Shown here: piece by piece, positions 1 through 9,136 of the stretch
How positions within the stretch are numbered: the first letter of the stretch is position 1
Layout of the letters: each line of letters starts with the position of its first letter
Assembly (NCBI GenBank): GCA_965208125.1
Contig: OZ242320.1
Coordinates: 2,080,001 to 2,144,000, forward strand
From: Candidatus Latescibacterota bacterium
GTDB taxonomy: Bacteria > Latescibacterota > UBA2968
Length of the DNA: 64,000 nt
Direction: 5' to 3'
The notes under the pieces: generated by a model
The model's database searches: none
The model's input: only the letters and a program-made list of their open reading frames with translations
Told to the model about the DNA's origin: nothing
Program-made: the position numbers and the translations under genes

Positions 1-739
1 GGATCCCTGATGCGTTGAGTTGTTCCCCTATGTGTCTTTCGATAAAATTGGGTAACTCTGTTTCTAACTCGTCCGCAGCATGGGTGTCTTGTAAGAGCAG
101 ATAGGTATAATAGCTGTGATCGACCCAATCGCTACGCCTCAGAGATGAGACCAGAAAATTGAACTGTAAATGGGTATTGTGGGTGTGGTTTTCTAAAATG
201 CCAGTAATTTTACACTCCGCCTCGCCTACCGAAAGGGTCTGCCCCATCGGATCCTGGTCACCGAAATATTTCCGAGCCATTTCTTCTGTCAGGACAATAG
301 AATGGGGTTCTTGGAGTGCTGTCCTGGGGTCTCCCTTACTGAGTGGAAAATCAAAGACCTGAAAGACACTTGCCTCGGTGAATAAGACGCCTTTCTCAGA
401 GAATTGATTCTGCTGGTTTGCAACAGGCGTTTTTTCATCATTTTTGTAAAATCGGACGGCATCTACGACGGTGGGATAATCTTGAACGAGAGCCGGTCCC
501 ATTGGGAATGAAGTAATTGCAATTCGATACATTTGTCCTGCTATATGTGCTTCTTCAGCGAGCCGATAGATTCGGTGCGCGTTTTCGTGGTGCTGGTCAT
601 AGCTCAGTTCATCTTGCACATAGAGCAGGATGAGGATGCAACAGGCCATGCCAATGGCGAGACCGAGGATGTTGATGGCAGAGAATGTTTTGTTTCTGGC
701 GATGTTGCGAATGGCAACGGTCAGATAATTTTTGATCAT
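1..739 (-). CDS. MacB/FtsX-family ABC permease (runs off the window start)
   Basis: Manual translation from ATG at 739 gives MIKNYLTVAIRNIARNKTFSAINILGLAIGMACCILILLYVQDELSYD, the same N-terminus as the neighbouring permeases; absent from the ORF track because it is partial. Confidence 0.9.
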   Translation of the reverse strand, partial: MIKNYLTVAIRNIARNKTFSAINILGLAIGMACCILILLYVQDELSYDQHHENAHRIYRLAEEAHIAGQMYRIAITSFPMGPALVQDYPTVVDAVRFYKNDEKTPVANQQNQFSEKGVLFTEASVFQVFDFPLSKGDPRTALQEPHSIVLTEEMARKYFGDQDPMGQTLSVGEAECKITGILENHTHNTHLQFNFLVSSLRRSDWVDHSYYTYLLLQDTHAADELETELPNFIERHIGEQLNASGI

Positions 740-757
740 GATTTTAAACCCCCAGTT

Positions 758-3172
758 TCACTCATCTCGCAATTCTTTCACGGGGTCTGTTCGCACAATG
801 CGTGTGGTGTGATATGAAATTGCCACAAGTGCCAGGACGATACAGCCTATCGCTGGTCCCGCAAAGTGCATTGGCTCCAGTGGTGTTTGAAATGGAAAGC
901 GTTGCAAGTACGCACGCATCGCAAAAAAGGACATGGAGGTTCCAATGATACACCCAATGACAGCAAGACGGACTATGGGCAAGGATAGCAAGACAAAGAG
1001 GGCGTGTGCGGAAGCTCCCAGAACTTTGCGAACGCCAACTTCTTTTGTGCGGCGGGACAGCATGTGCATGGCAAGCCCGATCAATCCCACACAGGCGACA
1101 ATAATCGCCATGAGCGAAGCCGTATAGCCGATGGATTGATACATTTTTCGGGGATCTCGAATGGAATTTACAAGGTCATCCTGCAAAAGGCCGAACTGGG
1201 GTGTAATACCTGGCGCGACTTCGGACCAGATTTGCTTCAATATTGTTTCGGTTTCCGTTGCCATGTCCGGTTGGAGGCGCACCAGAATAGCCCGAATCGC
1301 GGTTTCGGGATCTTTGTGAATGACCATTGGTCCCATAGGGGGCAAAATATTTTGAAAATAAAAGTCGGGGATGACGCCTACTACCTGGGGATGCTCAACC
1401 TGTCCCACTTGAAATGGAAATGTCTGACCAGATGCGTGCGTCCATTCAAATCGCTTTGCGAGGTGTTCGTTGACCAAAACCTCGTTGGTCGGGCCGTTTG
1501 GGTCCAGATTCTTTCCTGAGATCAGGTCTATGCCGAGTGTTTTTAGAAAGTCGCCACGCACTTTGTAATGCCATATTATAGTCTCTGAATTGGTCAGCTT
1601 TTGCATGCCTGCCGACCACAATACCGGGATGTTATTCACAGCGGCCAATCCGACAACTCCTGGGAGTTGCTCTGCCTTTTGGCGAAATCGCTCGTAATAG
1701 ACTTCTGCTTCGTCCCCTGGAACTTTGGGCTGTATGACCATTAAGTGGCGCATATCGAATCCTCTGTCCATAGACGTGAGGTAATCAATGTTATGTACCA
1801 TAACCGCGGAAGATGCCACCAGAAATACAGCGACAGCAAATTGAATAATCAACAGAAATCGGCTCAGGCGTGCTCTCTGTCCCGGAGATGTGTCACCTTT
1901 GAGGGCATTTACGGGCTGAAGCCGTGACAATAGCCACGACGGGTAGAAGCCCGCCAGAATTGCCAATAGGACGGGCAACATGAGGATGAAGAGGAATCCC
2001 GTTATGTTCCCCTGAAGCTGAGGCTTATAGTGAGGAAAGAAGGGAAAGAGAGACGCAAAATGGGGAAGCAATAGTTCGTTTGCGCTTAGTGCCAGTCCCA
2101 TTGCGATAAAACAGAGAATTAACGATTCGAGGATGGTCTGTCCAATAATATGGCGGCGTGTGGCGCCGAGGGTTTTGCGAATGCCGACTTCAGTGCCGCG
2201 CGTCATGAGTCGGCCAATGGTTACGATGCCAAAGTTGATGGCTCCTACAATGAGTACGAGAAGCCCCACCAGAGATAGCAAGACCAAAAAATGTTGCGGC
2301 AGGTACCTTACTTGAAGTCCAGACATCTCGAATTTGGGCAATGCGGACAGGGGTTGAAGATGGACATGAAAGGGAGACGCTTCCTTTGTCCATTGTCCTT
2401 CGGCGCGATAGTTGTCAATCTGTTTGGCAAAATAAGTGTCTGAAAAGTAGGGCAATCGGTGCTTTATGCGATCGGGTGTAACATTTTCTTTGAGTTGCAA
2501 AAAGAGCATGGCTTCAAATTCACCTCGCGGATCAGACGCTGCGCGCGGAATCAAGTGCTGGTATGGGATGAGCATATCGAACTGCAAGCTCGAATGGTCC
2601 GAAAGCGTTTCGACTATACCGCTTATGGTAAAGTGTTCGCGCACATTGTTTCTCACCAGGATCAACGAGGTTCCAACGATGTCGGCGATTGCCTTGTCAC
2701 GCGATAGTTTTTCAGCGAGTGTTCGAGAGATGAGTATGTTTTGTGGATGTGACAGGGTTTCGGGATTTCCGTAAAGCACGGGAAATGAAAAGAGCGACAA
2801 AAACGAGGGATCGACATAGGCTGCCTGGTCTCTTCGGAAATGTTCATCTTCGTAGAGATATGTAAGATGGCTTAACCGATACCTGCAAACCGTTGCCAAT
2901 TCGCGCAACTCATCGGCGAGCAATGACCCGGCATGGGCGCGAAAAGATGCGTGTTGCCGCTCCCTTTCGGTCTGTGCCATTTCACTGGTGCGATAGATCC
3001 AGTAGATTCGGTCTGCGTTGTCGTGGAATTCATCTCGTGCGCGATAGCGGTCTTCGACAATGACAAATACCATCAACGCACACGTAATGCCCACTGTCAG
3101 ACTCAACACACTCATCACACTGGCAATCCGGTCGCGTTTAAGCCGCCGCCATGCGATTTTGAGGTTTTTCAT
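758..3172 (-). CDS. MacB/FtsX-family ABC permease, duplicated-domain type
   Basis: 804 aa with two EVG(I/V)RK(T/V)LGA motifs and C-terminal DPVKELRDE. Confidence 0.92.
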   Translation of the reverse strand: MKNLKIAWRRLKRDRIASVMSVLSLTVGITCALMVFVIVEDRYRARDEFHDNADRIYWIYRTSEMAQTERERQHASFRAHAGSLLADELRELATVCRYRLSHLTYLYEDEHFRRDQAAYVDPSFLSLFSFPVLYGNPETLSHPQNILISRTLAEKLSRDKAIADIVGTSLILVRNNVREHFTISGIVETLSDHSSLQFDMLIPYQHLIPRAASDPRGEFEAMLFLQLKENVTPDRIKHRLPYFSDTYFAKQIDNYRAEGQWTKEASPFHVHLQPLSALPKFEMSGLQVRYLPQHFLVLLSLVGLLVLIVGAINFGIVTIGRLMTRGTEVGIRKTLGATRRHIIGQTILESLILCFIAMGLALSANELLLPHFASLFPFFPHYKPQLQGNITGFLFILMLPVLLAILAGFYPSWLLSRLQPVNALKGDTSPGQRARLSRFLLIIQFAVAVFLVASSAVMVHNIDYLTSMDRGFDMRHLMVIQPKVPGDEAEVYYERFRQKAEQLPGVVGLAAVNNIPVLWSAGMQKLTNSETIIWHYKVRGDFLKTLGIDLISGKNLDPNGPTNEVLVNEHLAKRFEWTHASGQTFPFQVGQVEHPQVVGVIPDFYFQNILPPMGPMVIHKDPETAIRAILVRLQPDMATETETILKQIWSEVAPGITPQFGLLQDDLVNSIRDPRKMYQSIGYTASLMAIIVACVGLIGLAMHMLSRRTKEVGVRKVLGASAHALFVLLSLPIVRLAVIGCIIGTSMSFFAMRAYLQRFPFQTPLEPMHFAGPAIGCIVLALVAISYHTTRIVRTDPVKELRDE

Positions 3173-3232
3173 TTTGTACCTCCATTTAGCCAGTGTGAGT
3201 GGTCAGTCCACCCAATCGCTCAGCCCCTATTT

Positions 3233-5737
3233 TTACTCATATCGCAGTGCATCAATTGGATTGGAACGCGCTGCGCGAATGGCCTGCATGCTCACGGTGC
3301 CAAAGGCGATGATCAGTGCCATTATCGCGCTTGCGATAAATGGCAAGACGTTCAGGTCTGTCTGATAGGCAAATCCGGAGAGCCAGTCGCGCATGAGATA
3401 GTAGGCGATTGGCCAGGCAATGATATTGGCGAGAAGAACGAGCACTATAAATTCGCGGGAGAGTAGCATGACCAGATGCGGTGTGGATGCGCCCAGTACT
3501 TTTCGCACGCCAATTTCTTTGGTGCGAGATTGGACCATGAATGCGGCCAGTCCGAACAGTCCCAAACAGGCTACGAAAATTGCCAGTAATGAAAATATTC
3601 CAAGCATTTTGCCGGTGAGTTGCTCATTGAAATAGATCCAATCTATCATCTCGTCCAGAAAGTGATATTCAAAGGGTGCGTCTGGCACAAAGCGTTTCCA
3701 CTGCGTTTCGAGAAAGGACAGGGTCTGCGCGGTGTTTTCTGGTCGGATGCGTAAAGCCAGGGAATAAAACATCTTCCAGCGGGCCAAAAATCCCATGGGT
3801 GCGATTTCTTCTCGGAGCGTCAAATTGTGGTAATCTTTTACGACGCCTATTACTGTCAGGGATAGGTTGTCATATGCTGGTAATACAATTTGTTTGCCTA
3901 TTGGGTCGTCCTCCCAGCCGAGCAGGCGCACGGCTGTTTCGTTTAAGATAATTGCCTGAGAGGTGTCGCTGGCAACATCGGCTGAAAAGGCGCGACCGCG
4001 AAGCACGGGGATTTCAAATGTTTCAAAAAATGAATCATCGACTTCGTTTATGCGAAATGTCCGTTCTTTTGTGCGGTCCCCATCGGGCCAGGCGAGTCGC
4101 AGCCGTCCGCTGTATCCTATAATGCGGTATCGCAGTGCTGATGCGCTGAGGATGTTGGGGTGTTCGAGAAAGACCTGTTTGACCATCTGGTGGCGTGCTG
4201 ATAGGCGTTTTTGGGGGTTTGGCTCTCCGGCAAAGTCAGGGACAAAAATGGGTAAGTTCACAATGTGATCGCGTGCAAAACCCATGTCTTTGGTGTCTAT
4301 AAATCGCAGTTGTTGATAAACCACGAGGGTGCAGATCACCAGCAAGATAGACATGCCAAACTGAAAAACCACGAGTCCTTTCTTCAGCCCTGTGGAACCA
4401 GAGGAGGAAGACGCGCTACTTTTTAATGCTGTTACCGGACGAAAAGAGGAGAGGAAAAACGCCGGATACCATCCCGCCAGCAGCCCGACCACCAATGTTA
4501 GTGCCAGTACTGCCGGCGCACCTACCATCACTGTAGCCGTGTTGAGGTGTAGATCGCCGCGCACAAATTGGTTGAATAAGGGCAGGGATAACTCGACCAG
4601 TGCAAGGGCAATCAGCAGGGCGGAACAGGTTAAAAGCAGGGATTCGCTTAAGAACTGAACCATCAATTGTGGGCGATGTGCGCCGACGACTTTTCGCACA
4701 CCTACTTCGCGTTTGCGGGTGACAGCGCGTGCAGTTGCCAGGTTTGTAAAGTTCACGCAGGCAATGACGACGAGGATCAGTCCAATAGCCGCCAGTATGT
4801 AAATGTGTTGCATGGGGCTGTCGGCAGTTGGGTTAAAGTCGGATTCGCCATGCAAGTACACGCGGTGCAGGGGCTGTAGATGATAGGCGTTTTTTGCTGC
4901 AACTTCATCTCCCATATACTGCTTGATCAATGGCTGAAGGGGATAATGAGGCCAACGAGACTTATTTTCAGCCGCGACTTCATCCCCCATATACTGTTTG
5001 ATCAACGACTGCATTTTTGTTTGCAGGCTTTCTGCGTTTTGTCCTGCTTTTAATAGCACATAGGTGTTTACCGGACGCCAGGATTGCGTAGGTCGCCACA
5101 TTGTCCACACCTCTTGCGTTTCTTCTACGGGGGGTATTGTGGTTGAGAGTATTTGAAAATAAAAGCCAGATGAGAGATGTGGTGCTTTTAAGATGCCGGT
5201 AACTGTGTACTCGCCAGGGAAACTGCGACTGTCGATTGAAAATGTTTGGCCCATTGGATCCATATCACCAAATAAGTGTTGCGCCATGTCGTCGGTAATG
5301 ATCACAGAGTAGGGTGTGCGAAACGCGGTTTCTAAGTCGCCTTTTATGAGGGGAAAATCAAATACGTCCAAAAAGTTGTCATCTATGAGTGCCAGGGAAT
5401 ATTGACCCTGGCGTTCGCTGTATTGTGCAGATACAGTCCACCGCCAGATACGCACCGTTGTTTCTACTTCGGGGAATGTTTCTTTCAGCACAGGTCCGAG
5501 TGCGCCTGATGTGCCACTGCTATAAGTTGTTTGTGTGCTGCTGCGTTGCTCTCGAATTACTTTGTAAATGCGGTCGCCCAGGGCATGAGTGCGATTTACT
5601 GCAAATTCCTGCTGGATATACAACAGGATCAAGATGCCACACGCTAATCCGATGGCGAGTCCCAGTACATTGATGGAGGTGTACAATTTGTGCCGCATCA
5701 AATTGCGGATCGCAACGGTTAGATAATTTTTGATCAT
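3233..5737 (-). CDS. MacB/FtsX-family ABC permease
   Basis: 834 aa; REVGVRKVVGA, KEIGVRKVLGAS, NPIDALRYE. Confidence 0.93.
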   Translation of the reverse strand: MIKNYLTVAIRNLMRHKLYTSINVLGLAIGLACGILILLYIQQEFAVNRTHALGDRIYKVIREQRSSTQTTYSSGTSGALGPVLKETFPEVETTVRIWRWTVSAQYSERQGQYSLALIDDNFLDVFDFPLIKGDLETAFRTPYSVIITDDMAQHLFGDMDPMGQTFSIDSRSFPGEYTVTGILKAPHLSSGFYFQILSTTIPPVEETQEVWTMWRPTQSWRPVNTYVLLKAGQNAESLQTKMQSLIKQYMGDEVAAENKSRWPHYPLQPLIKQYMGDEVAAKNAYHLQPLHRVYLHGESDFNPTADSPMQHIYILAAIGLILVVIACVNFTNLATARAVTRKREVGVRKVVGAHRPQLMVQFLSESLLLTCSALLIALALVELSLPLFNQFVRGDLHLNTATVMVGAPAVLALTLVVGLLAGWYPAFFLSSFRPVTALKSSASSSSGSTGLKKGLVVFQFGMSILLVICTLVVYQQLRFIDTKDMGFARDHIVNLPIFVPDFAGEPNPQKRLSARHQMVKQVFLEHPNILSASALRYRIIGYSGRLRLAWPDGDRTKERTFRINEVDDSFFETFEIPVLRGRAFSADVASDTSQAIILNETAVRLLGWEDDPIGKQIVLPAYDNLSLTVIGVVKDYHNLTLREEIAPMGFLARWKMFYSLALRIRPENTAQTLSFLETQWKRFVPDAPFEYHFLDEMIDWIYFNEQLTGKMLGIFSLLAIFVACLGLFGLAAFMVQSRTKEIGVRKVLGASTPHLVMLLSREFIVLVLLANIIAWPIAYYLMRDWLSGFAYQTDLNVLPFIASAIMALIIAFGTVSMQAIRAARSNPIDALRYE

Positions 5738-5773
5738 GGTCTTATCTCCTGTTCCGCCCAGTTATTTCGCAGC
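5694..5773. repeat. 80-bp direct repeat covering the permease 5' UTR and first codons (second copy 9043-9122)
   Basis: The two copies differ at one position on direct reading. Confidence 0.85.
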
Positions 5774-5823
5774 AAGAAGTCAGCCATTCATCATTCAGGT
5801 AGCTTGAACGCATTAACATAACA

Positions 5824-5840
5824 AGCAATTTTTGTGCCAG
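5824..5840 (-). promoter_or_regulatory. Sigma-54 -24/-12 promoter
   Basis: Minus strand reads CTGGCACAAAAATTGCT (TGGCAC-N5-TTGC), about 90 nt upstream of the permease ATG at 5737. Confidence 0.85.
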
Positions 5841-5901
5841 AATATTCTTTTCTATGTTTTACAAGGGGTTATGAAAATTTGAGTCATGAACGCCGTTTAA
5901 G

Positions 5902-5943
5902 AAGTGTCCGATTTTGATACAGTGGTGTCCGAAAATGAACACT
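5902..5943. promoter_or_regulatory. Putative enhancer (UAS) for a sigma-54 activator, copy 1
   Basis: AAGTGTCCGATTTTGATACAGTGGTGTCCGAAAATGAACACT: two imperfect TGT-N10-ACA dyads; 41/42 identical to 14609-14650. Confidence 0.75.
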
Positions 5944-5980
5944 CTCTATATGCCAAAAAACCTTGAAATCGTCATATAAA

Positions 5981-5998
5981 TATGGTAAGTTTACCATA
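5981..5998. promoter_or_regulatory. Palindromic operator upstream of the TA pair
   Basis: TATGGTAA-GT-TTACCATA, overlapping a probable -10 region. Confidence 0.6.
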
Positions 5999-6018
5999 AA
6001 TTGAGGGAAGGTACAATT

Positions 6019-6375
6019 TTGAATGAACAAATAAAAAGTGTAATATGGGTCGGGGATTCTCGTGAGCAAGTTCGAAGCTTTCCCAAAGCTGCGAGAGGAA
6101 CAGTGGGTGAAGCGTTGCGTTTCGCGCAATGGGGCGGTAAACACCCAAAGTCAAAACCGCTACGATCAGTGGGTTCTGGCGTATTGGAGATTGTCGTTCC
6201 TTACGATACAAATACCTATCGCGCTGTTTATACCGTCAAGATCGGCGAGAAAATCTATGTGCTTCATGCGTTCCAGAAGAAATCCACCCGTGGCATTAAA
6301 ACACCTAAGCAGGCAATTGACCTGATTAAATTGCGGCTGAAAATAGCGAAAAATATGGAGGTCCAAAATGAATGA
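6019..6375 (+). CDS. RelE/ParE-superfamily (HigB/Gp49-like) toxin
   Basis: WVGDS...YRAVYTVKIGEKIYVLHAFQKKS; start codon uncertain (TTG 6001 or 6019). Confidence 0.88.
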   Translation: MNEQIKSVIWVGDSREQVRSFPKAARGTVGEALRFAQWGGKHPKSKPLRSVGSGVLEIVVPYDTNTYRAVYTVKIGEKIYVLHAFQKKSTRGIKTPKQAIDLIKLRLKIAKNMEVQNE

Positions 6376-6697
6376 AAAGGTCAAATTTGAGCAAAGCTCT
6401 GGAAATGTATTTCGAGACATCGGTTTCTCAGAATCAGAGGCTGAACGTGAGTTGCTGAAGGCAGATCTGGCATTTGAAATCTATAGTATTCTTGAAGAGC
6501 GAAAACTGACGCAGACAAAAGCGGGAGAAATTCTTGGGATCAATCAGTCCGATGTGTCCCGGCTAAAGAACGGCGATTTTAGCCGTTTTAGTGTAGAGAG
6601 ACTATTTGGGTTTCTGAATCGGCTGAACCGCAATATTGAGATTCGCATTACGCATTCGGAAGATAGAGGCGGTCATCAGCGAGTCGTTGCGGTTTAG
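6368..6697 (+). CDS. XRE-family HTH antitoxin (HigA-like)
   Basis: SSGNVFRDIGF...LTQTKAGEILGINQSDVSRL; overlaps the toxin stop. Confidence 0.88.
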   Translation: MNEKVKFEQSSGNVFRDIGFSESEAERELLKADLAFEIYSILEERKLTQTKAGEILGINQSDVSRLKNGDFSRFSVERLFGFLNRLNRNIEIRITHSEDRGGHQRVVAV

Positions 6698-6707
6698 CGA
6701 TATCACC

Positions 6708-9086
6708 TCACTCATCTTTCAACGCATCCACAGGATTGCGGCGCGCAGCTTTCAGTGTTTGAAAATTCACCGTCAACAGCGCGACTATAAGGGTCAGTAT
6801 CCCGGCGATGCCAAAAACGCCTATGCCCAGTTCAATGCGATATGCGAAATTGGTCAGCCATTGAGTCATCATCCAGTAGGCAACAGGATAGGCGATGATA
6901 TTGGCGACCAGTAGCAACTTGATAAAATCTCTGGAAAACAACCACATCACATGATGGACAGAAGCCCCCAGTACCTTCCGTATCCCAATCTCCTTTGTCC
7001 GCCGCGCAACTGCGAGTGACGCCAGCCCGAACAATCCCAAACACGAGAGCAGGACAGCCCCCAGTGCCGAGTGGCTCAATAAGCGAAACCAATAGACTTC
7101 ATTGGCATACTGTTGATTCAGATTTTCATCCAAAAACGAGAGTTCAAAGGGTCTATCAGGCGCGACCTTTTCCCATGTGCTTTTGAGCATGTCAATCGTT
7201 TCAAAAATTGGGCCTGAACGCATGCGAATTAGCAGAAATGGGCCATAGTTGTATTTTTCCATCATCAATGCCAATGGCTCGATCCGGTTGTGCAAAGATT
7301 TTATGTGAAAATCGCGCACCAAACCAATAACAATGGGATCTCTAAAGCCGCCATCCCTTCTAAAGCCCGTCAGTGTTTCTCCCACCGGGTTCTCAACGCC
7401 CAATTTCTTCGCCAGTGTTTCGTTGATCAATACAGCTTTAGTTAGATCTGTGGGATGGTCTTCCGAAAAATTGCGACCAGCAAGAAGTGGTATCTCTAAA
7501 GTGGATAGATAATCGACATCTACGCCAATCACCTTTACCGTAACCATCGAGCCGTCAGGAAACTTGAAACGTGTCGAAGAATAACCATCGATAAGTGTGC
7601 GGTCCGTAATTGTAACACCCGCAATGCGTTGGTCGTTTACAATGGCCTGCTTATAGGATTTGGCTGTCCGCCAATTTGCTTGAATAATGGCGACTTGCTC
7701 TTTGTTAAAGCCCAGGTTTTTGTTCCGCACATAATTCTGCTGTTGAAGCATCACTCCTGTGCCAATGATGAGGGCTATAGACGCCGCGTATTGCAAAATG
7801 ATTAGCGTGCGCGTCAAAAGGTTGCGCCCACCAAGGCGTGTTTCGCCTTTTATGGCTAAAACAGGTTGAAATCGCGATAAGACCAGAGCGGGATAACTGC
7901 CAGCGATTAGTCCGACAATGCTGAGCATGAGCAGCAAGACCCACCAATCGTCAAAATACGCGAGGGTCAATTTTTGATGTACAAATCCATTGAATACGGG
8001 CAACAGGATTTCGGCAAGTGCAGTACCCACGAGCAAGCCCAAAAAGCACAACACCAGTGCTTCGCTCCAAAACTGTTGAATAATCTGACTGCGATTGGCG
8101 CCTACTACTTTGCGCAATCCCACTTCTTTTGCTCGTCCGGAAGACTCTGCGATGGATAGGGTAATAAAGTTGCTGCACGCAATGAGAAAGACCAGCCATG
8201 CAAGCCCCCACAAGATATAAACCCCTGTTGGATTGCCTTGCGGTCCGTAGTGATTGGGAATGTCTGTATTCCAGTACACATCCGTCAGGGGCTGGAGAAT
8301 AAAGTTAAATGGTTTGTTGTCGAATATCTCCTCCCTCAACTTTTCTTTTTTTGTCCAGTGGTTGAGATCGTCAAGTACGCGAGAAGCATTTGTTTCACCT
8401 ATTTGTATAAAGATCCACGCACTTGCATCGTTGTAACGTCTTGCAAGTCCAAAGCCCTTTTCGGCTTTTATCGAAACCAACACGTCGAATTGAAGACTTG
8501 ATGTTGTAGGCATATCTGCCATAACACCTGTCACGATAAATAGCTTATTTTTTACGCTCAATGCTTGCCCTATCAGTGTGTTATAATCCTGTATATCTCC
8601 AAAAAACTTGCGTGCTGTTGTTTCGGTAATCACTATCCCATCTGGTTGAGCGAGTGCTGTTGTAGGATCACCTGACAAAAAAGGAAATGTGAACATTGCA
8701 AAGAAATCACCACTCACAAACCCCATGGCTGACCGAAAAGATTTTTCTCCCCTTGCGATTTTACTTCTCGTGTGCCGCATAAATGCACAGGTTTGCTCAA
8801 CACCTATAATTTCATCTTGCAACTCATCGACAACCAAAAGCGGATATACCGTATCCCAGATATTAAATGGGATTGCCTTGCCGTCTGGTTGAAGTCTTTG
8901 CGCTACCAACCGAAATGTCTGGTCGTGGTTTTCGTGAAACCGATCGCGTGACCATTCGTGTTTGACAAACAAAGCCATCAAGATACAGCAGGCAAGCCCC
9001 AGGCCGAGGCCGAACACATTGATGAATGTGTAGAGCTTCTTTCGCATCAAATTGCGGATCGCAACGGTTAGATAATTTTTGATCAT
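6708..9086 (-). CDS. MacB/FtsX-family ABC permease
   Basis: 792 aa; KEVGLRKVVGA, KEIGIRKVLGAS, NPVDALKDE. Confidence 0.93.
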   Translation of the reverse strand: MIKNYLTVAIRNLMRKKLYTFINVFGLGLGLACCILMALFVKHEWSRDRFHENHDQTFRLVAQRLQPDGKAIPFNIWDTVYPLLVVDELQDEIIGVEQTCAFMRHTRSKIARGEKSFRSAMGFVSGDFFAMFTFPFLSGDPTTALAQPDGIVITETTARKFFGDIQDYNTLIGQALSVKNKLFIVTGVMADMPTTSSLQFDVLVSIKAEKGFGLARRYNDASAWIFIQIGETNASRVLDDLNHWTKKEKLREEIFDNKPFNFILQPLTDVYWNTDIPNHYGPQGNPTGVYILWGLAWLVFLIACSNFITLSIAESSGRAKEVGLRKVVGANRSQIIQQFWSEALVLCFLGLLVGTALAEILLPVFNGFVHQKLTLAYFDDWWVLLLMLSIVGLIAGSYPALVLSRFQPVLAIKGETRLGGRNLLTRTLIILQYAASIALIIGTGVMLQQQNYVRNKNLGFNKEQVAIIQANWRTAKSYKQAIVNDQRIAGVTITDRTLIDGYSSTRFKFPDGSMVTVKVIGVDVDYLSTLEIPLLAGRNFSEDHPTDLTKAVLINETLAKKLGVENPVGETLTGFRRDGGFRDPIVIGLVRDFHIKSLHNRIEPLALMMEKYNYGPFLLIRMRSGPIFETIDMLKSTWEKVAPDRPFELSFLDENLNQQYANEVYWFRLLSHSALGAVLLSCLGLFGLASLAVARRTKEIGIRKVLGASVHHVMWLFSRDFIKLLLVANIIAYPVAYWMMTQWLTNFAYRIELGIGVFGIAGILTLIVALLTVNFQTLKAARRNPVDALKDE

Positions 9087-9136
9087 GGTCTTATCTCCTG
9101 TTCCGTCCAGTTATTTCGCAGCCAGCAGTCCCTGTT

